From positions 1,646-65,645 of the forward strand of contig CAVSOL010000025.1 in assembly GCA_963729535.1 (NCBI GenBank): a stretch of DNA of 64,000 nt. Direction: 5' to 3'. Below the pieces are notes generated by a model that was not told where the DNA came from, did not search any database, and saw only the letters and a list, made by a program, of their open reading frames with translations. Below are positions 19,451 through 28,100 of this stretch, piece after piece; position 1 is the first letter of the stretch, and the number at the start of each line of letters is the position of its first letter. The position numbers were made by a program, and so were the translations under genes. The DNA comes from an uncultured Pseudomonadota bacterium. Lineage in GTDB: Bacteria > Myxococcota_A > Polyangia > Fen-1088.

Positions 19451-22400
19451 TCATCGCGCCCACGACGGCGGCGGACCCACCACCTCGGCGATCGGGACGC
19501 CCATGCGCTGCGCCCGCCGGAGCTGCCGGTGCCGCCACAACGTGTAGAGCACGGGCAGCACCTCCAGCGTCAGGAACGCGCTGGTCGCGAGCCCACCCAG
19601 CATCGGCGCCGCGACCCGCTTCATGATCTCGGCGCCCGCGCCCGTCGCCCACAGCAGCGGCGCCAGCGCCGCCGCCATCGTCACGACCGTCATCAGCTTC
19701 GGGCGCAGCCTGAGCACCGTCCCCTCGGCGTGCGCGGCGACGATGTCGTCGCGGCTCGCGAGTCGCCCTTCGCGCACACGCCGGAAGAACGCGTGATCGA
19801 TGTAGACCACCATCACGACGCCCATCTGCATCGCCAGCCCGACGACCGACAGCAGCCCGACCCACACCGGCGCCGACATGCGATACCCGAGCAGGAACAC
19901 CAACCAGAAGCTCCCCACCAGCGCGAACGGAACCGAGCTGAGCACGATCAGCGCCTCGGTGAGGTTGCGAAACTGGAAGTAGAGCAGGAGCAGCATCGAC
20001 AGCAACACGAGCGGGGCGATCACCAGCAGGCGCCGCTGCCCGGCCTTCCACAGCTCTAGCTGTCCGACCCACTCGATGCGCTCGCCCGAGCGCATCAGCC
20101 CGGCGATGTCGCTGCCGACCTGGCGCCGCGCGCGGTCGACGTAGCCGCCCAGGTCCGTACCCTCCGCGACGCCGACGTGGACGTAGCCGACCAGCTCGCC
20201 GCGCTCCGCGCGCACGACGGCCGGCTGCTTGACCCGGGCCACGCGCCCGAGGAACGCCAGCGGCACGGGCCCGCCGCCGCCCGCCGGCGCCGATGTGGAC
20301 GATCGGACCGTCGTCTCGCGCACCAGCTCGTCGGCGCGGCGGACGTCCTCTCGGCGCCGCGGGACGGCGTCGGGCACCACGCGCACGCGCACGCGCCGAC
20401 CGCCGACGCTCACCTCCCCGATCTCGCCGCCGCTGACGACGACACCGGCGGTGCTCTGCACCAGCGCGGGATCGACGGCGTGCGCGGCGATGGCGTCGTC
20501 GTCGGGGATAAACGTCAGCCGCGTCTCCTCGCCCGCCGACTCCGCGAACGCGCTGCTGGTGCCGTCGACGCGCGACACCGACGCGCGCACCGCCGCCGCC
20601 AGCGCCTCGATGCGCGACGGGTCGGCGGCGACGACGCGCACGCCCACCGGCGTCGTCACCCCCGTCGACAGCATGTCCATGCGCGCGCGGATGGGCGCCG
20701 TCCAGGCGTTGCTCCAGCCCGCCAGCCGGACCATGCCGTCCAGCTTGCGCGCGACGTCGCGCGCCGGCGCCCCGCCTGGATCGTCGCGCGGGCGCAAACG
20801 GATCGTCGTCTCCGCCATCGAATACGGCGCCGGATCGGTCGCGGTGTCGGCCCGGCCGACCTTGCCGAACACCGACTCGACCTCGCGCGCGCTGCGGATG
20901 ATCTGATCCTGGCGCCCCAGATCCGCGGCCGCCTGCTCGGGCGGCACGCCGGCCGCGGTGGTCGGCATGTACAGCAGGTCGCCCTCGTCGATGCGCGGCA
21001 GGAACTCGGGGCCGAGGCGGCCGGCGATGGGCACCGCCGACGCCACCGCCAGGACCGCGGTCGCCAGCGTGAACGCCGGCCGGCGCAGCGCGAAGTCGAC
21101 GAATGGGCGGTAGACCGCCACCAGCGACCGCGTCAGCGGGTTGGCGAGCTCGGGGATGACGCGCCCGCGGCTGAACAGCCGATCGCGCAGCGCGGGCGCG
21201 ACGGTCAGCGCGACCAGCGCCGCCGCCGCGAACACCAGCGTCTTGCTCAGCGCCAGCGGGCGCAGCAGCCGCCCGGTTTCGCCCGTGAACGCCAGCACGG
21301 GGAGAAAGCTCAGCGCCGCGATCATCAACGACGTCAGGATCGCGGGACCGAACGACGCGCCGGCAGCGACGATCGCGCGGCGGCGCTCGTGTGCGCCGCG
21401 CCTGCCGGCGGCGGCTTCCTGCTCGAGTCGCCGGTGACAGCCCTCCAGCGCCACGACGTCGGCGTCGACGGCCATCCCCAGCGCGATGCCGATCCCCGCC
21501 AGGCTCATCACCGTGACCGGTACGCGCAGTAGCCACATCGCCCCGAACGTGAACAGCACCACCAGCGGCAGCGTCAGCAACGGTACCAGCGCGCTGCTCG
21601 CGTGCAACAAGAACACCAGCACGACGACGGCGACCGCGGCTATCTCCTCGACCAGCGCGCGCATCTCGGTGCGCTCGACGGCGCGCACCAGCTCGGAGCG
21701 GTCGTAGACCACTGTCACGCCGACGCCTTTGGGCAGCCGCCGCTGCTCTTGGTCGAGCACACGCTTGACGCCGGCGATGGTGCTGGCGACGTCCGCCCCG
21801 GGACGCGCGATGACGATGCCGCCCACCGTGGGGATGAAGGCGTTGAAGTCGACGGCGCCGCCGGTCATGTCGGCCGCGAGGCGCACGCCCGCCAGCTCGG
21901 GATCCGCGGCGCGCGCGACGTCTTCCACCGTGGCGTGTGGCTTCGCGGCCAGCGCGCCGCGCACCGCCGCGACCACATCGGAGAACGCGGCGTGGCGGGC
22001 ACGCAGCCCGTCGGGCCGCGCTTCGACCAGCAGCTGTTCGCCCTCTCCACCCACGGACGCGACCTCGGCGACCCCGGCAACGCCGGCCAGCGCCGGGCGG
22101 AGCACGTCATCCTGAAACCGGCGCAGGTTGTACAGCGACTCCGGCGACACGCGGTCGTCGCTGGCGTGTGTCCCGTGCTGGCGCACCGCGGGTACGATCA
22201 GCGCGTACTGAAACACCCAGCCGGTCGCCGAGGCTGCCGGCCCCACCTGCACGCGCGCGCTCTGCGGCAGCATCGCGCGTGCCCGCTCGACCCGCGCGAC
22301 GATCTCGGCCCGGCCGCTGGCAAGCTCGTCCGCCGACGCGAACAGCACCTCGACGTACGCCATCCCCGACATCGACGTGCCGCGCACCGCGATCGCGCCC

Positions 22401-22630
22401 GTGATCCCGGCGAGCCCGGCGGTGAGCGGCTTGGTCACGCCCTCCGCCACGTCCAGGGCGCCGTGGCCCATCCACTCGGCGACCAGCGCGACGCGCGCGT
22501 CGGCGAGATCGGGGATCGCGTCGCGGGGAAGCGCGCGCCAGCCGCACGCGGCAGCGAACGCGGCGACCAGCGCCGCCGCGATCACCGCGGCGGGGCGGCG
22601 CGCGCACGCGGCGATCACCCGCGCGATCAA
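19451..22630 (-). CDS. Heavy-metal-efflux RND permease (CusA/CzcA family)
   Basis: 1059 aa. N-terminus LIARVIAAC...LPRDAIPDLADARVALV matches the HME-RND DA(I/L)PDLSD motif. 12-TM/two-loop layout. TTG 22630 overlaps the adaptor stop (TTGA). Confidence 0.85.
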   Translation of the reverse strand: MIARVIAACARRPAAVIAAALVAAFAAACGWRALPRDAIPDLADARVALVAEWMGHGALDVAEGVTKPLTAGLAGITGAIAVRGTSMSGMAYVEVLFASADELASGRAEIVARVERARAMLPQSARVQVGPAASATGWVFQYALIVPAVRQHGTHASDDRVSPESLYNLRRFQDDVLRPALAGVAGVAEVASVGGEGEQLLVEARPDGLRARHAAFSDVVAAVRGALAAKPHATVEDVARAADPELAGVRLAADMTGGAVDFNAFIPTVGGIVIARPGADVASTIAGVKRVLDQEQRRLPKGVGVTVVYDRSELVRAVERTEMRALVEEIAAVAVVVLVFLLHASSALVPLLTLPLVVLFTFGAMWLLRVPVTVMSLAGIGIALGMAVDADVVALEGCHRRLEQEAAAGRRGAHERRRAIVAAGASFGPAILTSLMIAALSFLPVLAFTGETGRLLRPLALSKTLVFAAAALVALTVAPALRDRLFSRGRVIPELANPLTRSLVAVYRPFVDFALRRPAFTLATAVLAVASAVPIAGRLGPEFLPRIDEGDLLYMPTTAAGVPPEQAAADLGRQDQIIRSAREVESVFGKVGRADTATDPAPYSMAETTIRLRPRDDPGGAPARDVARKLDGMVRLAGWSNAWTAPIRARMDMLSTGVTTPVGVRVVAADPSRIEALAAAVRASVSRVDGTSSAFAESAGEETRLTFIPDDDAIAAHAVDPALVQSTAGVVVSGGEIGEVSVGGRRVRVRVVPDAVPRRREDVRRADELVRETTVRSSTSAPAGGGGPVPLAFLGRVARVKQPAVVRAERGELVGYVHVGVAEGTDLGGYVDRARRQVGSDIAGLMRSGERIEWVGQLELWKAGQRRLLVIAPLVLLSMLLLLYFQFRNLTEALIVLSSVPFALVGSFWLVFLLGYRMSAPVWVGLLSVVGLAMQMGVVMVVYIDHAFFRRVREGRLASRDDIVAAHAEGTVLRLRPKLMTVVTMAAALAPLLWATGAGAEIMKRVAAPMLGGLATSAFLTLEVLPVLYTLWRHRQLRRAQRMGVPIAEVVGPPPSWAR

Positions 22631-23466
22631 GGCGTCGCTCCCGCGCGCGGCTCGTCGGCGTCTCGCAGGCGCGCCTGCTCGGCGGCCAGAGCGAAAGCTC
22701 TCGAGACGGCGACGCGCTCGCCTTCGTTCACCCCCGACACCACGACCGCGTGCCCGAAGTGCGTGCGCCCGAGCTCCAGCTTGCGCCTGGTGAACGTGCG
22801 GCCGTTCGCCGACGCCAGGAAGACGAACGTCCCGTCGGGCGTCTCGAACACGGCCGCTTGCGGGACGGTCACCGTGTCGACGGCTGCACGTTCGAACACG
22901 ATCCACCCGGTCTGGCGCGGCGCGAACGCCGGCCCGCCGCGCGCCAGCTCGAACCGCATCGTGACGACGCCGCCGTTCTCTCGTTGCGGCGGATCGCCCG
23001 TGAAGTGGACGTCGCTGCCCGCGCTGTCCGCGCGGGCCGCTGGGTGGAACCGCGCGCGCTGGCCCGCCGCCGCCTCGCCGGCATAGAGCACCGCGACGCC
23101 GCTGCGCTCGCCGTCGATCCGGGCGGGCGCCGTGATCTGACCAGCCACGCGCTTGCGCTTCGCCAGCGCCATATCCTGCTCGGTCAGGCGTGGCGTTCCC
23201 GCCGGCAGTGAAAACGTCGCGCTCCCGCCGGCGGCCACCGGACGCCGCGGCTCGAGCGCCATGCGGCAGATCGGACACTCGCCCGGGAAAGGAGCGACCA
23301 CCTGCTCGTGCATCGGGCAGTAGAACGCCGCGTCGGTGTCGCCGCCGACGCGGGTTTCGATGCGCGCGCGACCGTGAACCGTCAGCGCCGCGATCAGACC
23401 CACCGCTGCTGCCGCCAACAGCACAACCCGCCCCGCCACCACCCTCGCCGGCGCCGGCATCGCCAT
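22627..23466 (-). CDS. Short CusB-like RND periplasmic adaptor with N-terminal heavy-metal-binding domain
   Basis: FYCPMHEQVVAPFPGECPICRMALEP (YxCPMH...CPxCxM motif) after a signal anchor. Beta-barrel/membrane-proximal-like C-terminus (TVPQAAVFETPDGTFVFLA). The ATG shares one nt with the upstream stop. Confidence 0.75.
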   Translation of the reverse strand: MAMPAPARVVAGRVVLLAAAAVGLIAALTVHGRARIETRVGGDTDAAFYCPMHEQVVAPFPGECPICRMALEPRRPVAAGGSATFSLPAGTPRLTEQDMALAKRKRVAGQITAPARIDGERSGVAVLYAGEAAAGQRARFHPAARADSAGSDVHFTGDPPQRENGGVVTMRFELARGGPAFAPRQTGWIVFERAAVDTVTVPQAAVFETPDGTFVFLASANGRTFTRRKLELGRTHFGHAVVVSGVNEGERVAVSRAFALAAEQARLRDADEPRAGATP

Positions 23467-25064
23467 CAGGGTGGGTACTGGACCAGGAAGACGTTGCTGC
23501 CGCCGACCAGTGTCGCGGTAGCCGATGGGAACGCCCCGCCCGCCGGGAATCCCCCGGTCACCAGCAAGTTGCCCGCAGGCGCGATGGCGATCTGTCCGCT
23601 CCGCGCCGGCAGGTGCCGGCTCCACACCCCCGTGCCGCCCGCGTCGAGCCGGGCCGAAAACGTATCGGCTAGCGTGCCGCTGGTGAGCGGCCCCTTGCCG
23701 AAGTCGATCGTGCTCGAGAAGTCGCCGCTGACGAAGACGTTTCCCGCGCCATCCACTGCGATGCTGTTACCGGCCTGGTCCCCTTCGGCGTCCCCGAACT
23801 TCCGGCTCCAGACATGGGCCCCCGCAGCCGCCTCCAGCTTGGCGACGAAGACGTCGCGCGACACCACGGTCCGCGTCGGGGACGGAAGGCTGACCAGCGG
23901 CCCGCCGCCAAAGTCGACGGTGTCGTCGAAGAACCCGGTCACCAGGACGTTGCGCTGCGCGTCCGCCGCGACCGCCAGCGCCGCCGCGGATCCGACGTCG
24001 CCGTAGCGTTTGCTCCACCTATGATCTCCGTTGGCGGCGAGCACCACGACAAACGCATCGGTACGACCCGCGCTCGTCAAAGCGCCACCGCCGAAGTCGA
24101 CAACATTTGCAAACGCTCCCGCAACGATCACGTTGTCCGCGGAATCAACGGCAAGGGAAACGACCTGTGCTCCAGGCCACATTTTGGACCACACCCTGTT
24201 TCCGGAACTATCAAGAACAACGACCGACGAAGTAACGCTGGCGGTCCCCACGCCGCCGTCGGGGCTGGCGTTGCCAAAATCGAACGGCGTCATGGAATGA
24301 GCGGCGGCCACGAAGCGGCCGGTCGAATCGACCGCGGCACCGGTCGCCCACTGCAGGGAAGCGTTTCCGAAGCGCTGGCTCCATTGATGCCTGCCATCCG
24401 CATCGAGCTTCGCAAGGCAGATGTCGGTGGACCCGGCGCTGGCGAGCGCGCCGCCGCCCAGATCGAGTTGTCCGGCGAAGCTGGTTGCGACAAACACGTT
24501 GCCTGATCGATCGACGGCCACCGCGCCTTCCCCTTGCGAGGTGGCGTCGCCCCAGCGCTGGCTCCACAGCGTGCTGCCGGCCCCGTTGAAAGCTGCCATC
24601 ACGAGGTCCCCGACGCCCGCGCTGCGGAGCGGGCCCGTCCCCAGATCGACGGTGCCGTCGAGCATGCCGACGATAACGACGGTACCAGACGACGCCACGG
24701 CGACGTCGGAAGCCCGGATCCATCCGGACGCACCGCCGCCGCCGCCGGGCGCCGCATCCCGCGGTCCGTCATCGCCACCGCCGCTGCCGGACGGCGCGTC
24801 GCGCGGCCCGTCGTCACCGCCACCAACACCGCCGGCGTCGGCGCCCGCAGCGCCCGTGCCGGCCGCCCCGCCCACATCGGCGCCGCCGGCGGCGTCAGCT
24901 CCTCCATCGACGGTGCTTGCGTGGCTGGAACATCCCGCGATCACCGCACAGCCGATCAACAAACATGTAACGACTCGATAATTCGCCACCGAAAACGATG
25001 ATGCTTTCGTCGCTACTGAAATTGCCGGCAATTTATTGCCCAATTCGGTTGCTGTGTTTCGCAT
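23466..25064 (-). CDS. SBBP-type beta-propeller repeat lipoprotein
   Basis: Lipobox VIAGCSS and a Gly/Asp linker. About 8 repeats of the form G...D.A.AVAVD..GNV.V.G.F.G..DFGGG.L.S.G..D.F(V/L)AKL...G...WS..FG. Confidence 0.85.
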   Translation of the reverse strand: MRNTATELGNKLPAISVATKASSFSVANYRVVTCLLIGCAVIAGCSSHASTVDGGADAAGGADVGGAAGTGAAGADAGGVGGGDDGPRDAPSGSGGGDDGPRDAAPGGGGGASGWIRASDVAVASSGTVVIVGMLDGTVDLGTGPLRSAGVGDLVMAAFNGAGSTLWSQRWGDATSQGEGAVAVDRSGNVFVATSFAGQLDLGGGALASAGSTDICLAKLDADGRHQWSQRFGNASLQWATGAAVDSTGRFVAAAHSMTPFDFGNASPDGGVGTASVTSSVVVLDSSGNRVWSKMWPGAQVVSLAVDSADNVIVAGAFANVVDFGGGALTSAGRTDAFVVVLAANGDHRWSKRYGDVGSAAALAVAADAQRNVLVTGFFDDTVDFGGGPLVSLPSPTRTVVSRDVFVAKLEAAAGAHVWSRKFGDAEGDQAGNSIAVDGAGNVFVSGDFSSTIDFGKGPLTSGTLADTFSARLDAGGTGVWSRHLPARSGQIAIAPAGNLLVTGGFPAGGAFPSATATLVGGSNVFLVQYPP

Positions 25065-25079
25065 GCAACAAAAAGGTGT

Positions 25080-25109
25080 TTGACGGTTGTGCTGACCGGG
25101 GAGTAATTA
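25080..25109 (+). promoter_or_regulatory. Candidate sigma-70-like promoter for the giant gene
   Basis: TTGACG-N18-TAATTA in the 96-bp divergent intergenic region; a CCGGAC-N7-GTCCGG hairpin follows in the putative 5' UTR. Confidence 0.3.
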
Positions 25110-25160
25110 AACCACGATCCGGACTGCTGTGGTCCGGTTAGATCGGATGGGAGGTCGGTG

Positions 25161-28100
25161 ATGGGAAGACTGGTATCGCCTCGGACGTGTGGCGCGGTTG
25201 GTGTTGCCGCCTTGTCCGTGCTCCTGCTGTCGGACGCGCGCGCGGAGCATTGCTGGGAGTACGTCGACGGCTTCGACCCATTGACCGGCAACGTAAACTT
25301 CTCGGGTTTCGAGTTCACGAAGACGCCGTTTCAGTGCGTGCAGCAGGGCAACCTGAGCAACGCCTGCTCGTGGGGGCCAGGGCAATCGTGCACGGTCGGC
25401 GGCACGTGCTGCACCTCGATCCCGGAGCCGGCGTCGCAGCAGACCGTGCTCGACATGCACTCGGAGTGGCACGAATGCTTCGGCCCCGTCGGCCAGCGCG
25501 GCTCCGGCGATCCGCCGCCGTTCGCCGGCCGCAGCGCGCGCTGGCTCGCGTTCCACCGCCAGTTCGAGCTCGACTTCGATCTGATGCGGGAATCGTTGTT
25601 CGGCTGCGGCCCCGGCCGCTGCGTGACGGGGACTTGCAGCAACAGTAGCTCGATCAGCTGCACCACGGACGACCAGTGCAGCGCGCGCGACGGCTGCTTC
25701 TTCGAGGCGCTGGACTGGCGCACGGACATGGTTCACCCCTATGGCCACTTCGGCGGGGGCCTGCAGGTCGGCCAGCATCCGAACAACTGCGGCATCGGTC
25801 CCAGTCGGCCCAACGACGTGATCTGCACCGCCTGCCAGCCGCTCCCTGCGTGTCTCTACAACGCGGGCGCCGGGCCGCTCAACGGCCAGGCGCCGACCAC
25901 GTCGACCGCCGCGAACTGCCTCGGCTTCCAGGCGGAGACGCTGAACACGCTCCCCAACCTCGAGGTCGTGGCCCAGATCCTCGATTCGTCTCACCACGGC
26001 AACTTCCACGGTGAGGTCGGCGCCCCCCTGGCGGGCGCGTGCACCAGCAACGCCGAATGCGTGGCGCGCGCGGCGGCCGCCCCTCCGACATCGCCGCCGT
26101 GCAATACGGCGACGGGCGAGTTCTGTCCGATCTGCGACGGCACCTGCGTCTACGTCTCCGACGTGTTCCAACCGGCCTGCTCGCCGCGCGATCCGATGTT
26201 CTGGCGGCTGCACAAGCGCCTCGACGACACCGTGCGCGCCTGGCAGGAAACCCACCCGATCGACCTCAGCGTCGTCATCGATCGTTCGGGCAGCATGAGC
26301 GAGACCGACAGCTCGGGCGCCACGAAGATCCAGGTCGCCACCGAGGCGCTGCGCATGCTCGCCGACCTGGTCCCCGACGGGCAATCGAGCCGCGTCGGCG
26401 TCGTTTCGTATTCGACCGACGTCACCGCTGACATGCCGATGACCTCGGCGACGACCGCCAAGACGGCGATTGAAGCCGTGGCAGACGGCCTCGAGTCACG
26501 CGTCGGCGGCTGCACGTCGATCGGCTCCGGCTTGCAGGGCGCGGTCAACCAGCTGTGCCACGGTGTCTCGACCGATCCGGCGCCGTCGGCGGGCAAGACC
26601 TCCTGCAACCCGAACCACAATCAGATCCCGGGCGGCGGCGAGAACGAACGCAAGGGCATCTTGTTGCTCACCGACGGGCTCGAGAACCGCGCGCCCTGCC
26701 TGCGCTCCGCTGGCGCGACCCCGACGGCGACGTGCGGTGACACGTGCGGCGGCGAGCAGTTCGACTTCAGGCTGCTCGGCCAGCACACGCAGATGTGCGC
26801 GATCGGCTTCGGGCAGGCGCAGTCCATCAACGGCAACCTGCTGACGCTGGTCGCGGAGCAGCAAGGCGGCATCTACATGCAGAGCCCCGCGAAGGGCCCC
26901 GACGATCAGGAAGGCGTCAACGGCACCGGCCGCTGGGTCGACCTCAAGGACTTCTTCGTCAAGTGCTTCGCCCAGCTGTCGAACGAGTTCGTCGGCATCG
27001 ATCCCAAGGGGACGCTGACCGCCGACGAGTTCTCGACGCCGCCGGTCCCCTACGGCACGTGCGACGACGACCGGCTGACGTTCGTCGGCGGCTGGAACCG
27101 CCCCGGCAGCGGCATCCGCCTGCTGGTCAACGCGCCGTCGGGCGCGCTGGTCCGCCCGGGCGATCCGGCGGTGGAGTCGTCGGGGCAAGACACCTGGGGC
27201 TTCATGCGCACGCCGCTGCCGCTCAACGGCGAGCGCGCGGGCACGTGGACCGCGCAGCTGATTCGCCAGCACGACTCGTACGTCAACGGCTTCACCACCG
27301 ACGCGCTGGCGCCCGACGTCGCGGTGCCGATGGTGCGCAAGCAGATCCAGCGCATCTGTCCGACGGGCTGCGACAGCGTGCTGTACTTCGAGGACGGCCG
27401 CCTCGGTCCGCGCTCGTCGTATGAAGACGCGCTGGCGGCCGAGCTGGCGACCGGCCTCATCGGATCGGTGGTGCGTGCGACGGACGCGAGCGACTTCCAC
27501 GCCAAGCTGAACTCGGTGCCGGTGTGGCCGCTGGTCGTCTACGCGCACCAGATGACCGAGGGGGATGAGCCCTACGACCTCGACTTCCTCGGCGACGTCT
27601 GCGGCGGCCGCCAGCGTGCGATCGTCACCGAGACGCGCGGTCTCGACAACATCAACCAGACGCCGGCGCCCGGGGATGCCAATTTCATCCCCTGGAACAT
27701 CAACCGTTGCACAGGCGGGGAGCCGTTCGGCGAGACAAACTTCACGCACATCGACGGTGACGACCGGCTGCTCACCGGATCGCACACGCTGACCAACCAC
27801 GGCTACGCGCGCTTCAGCTACGGCCAGGTGCTGGCCACGCTGGGCGGCGGAACGCAGGCGACGGCGTCGTCGTACGCGCTGGCCATGGGCGCGGTGTCGG
27901 CCGAAGGCGGCACCCCCTGCCTGTACGAGGGGTGCGAGACGCCCCCGACGCAGAACTGGTTCATCAACATCCTGGTCCGCGGCATGTCCCAGCTGGAGGA
28001 CGTCGCCACGCGCTTCAGCTACCGCACGGGCGAATCAGGGATCCAGGCGAGCGCACGCGTGTTGCCCGCCAACCTCCCCGTCGGTGGCTACGACGTATCC

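Noticed and set aside
19341-21536. Long alternative-frame and antisense ORFs inside the RND pump gene (19341-21536 minus, 20177-21532 plus, 21602-23086 plus)
   Set aside because: Arg-rich nonsense-like sequences. The 1059-aa frame carries the HME-RND motifs and TM pattern.
19451-25064. The adjacent pump or the ABC genes at 60.8-62.8 kb as the type I secretion system for the RTX protein
   Set aside because: The pump is an HME-RND with a metal-binding adaptor. The ABC pair is FtsX/MacB-LolD type, lacks a C39 or T1SS ABC architecture, and is 31 kb away. No TolC-like gene is in the window.
25161-26250. Calling the N-terminal domain of the giant protein a bona fide tyrosinase
   Set aside because: The CuB site fits well, but the CuA histidine spacing does not match the H-x(n)-H-x8-H pattern I know. 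It is therefore reported only as tyrosinase-like pending a profile search.
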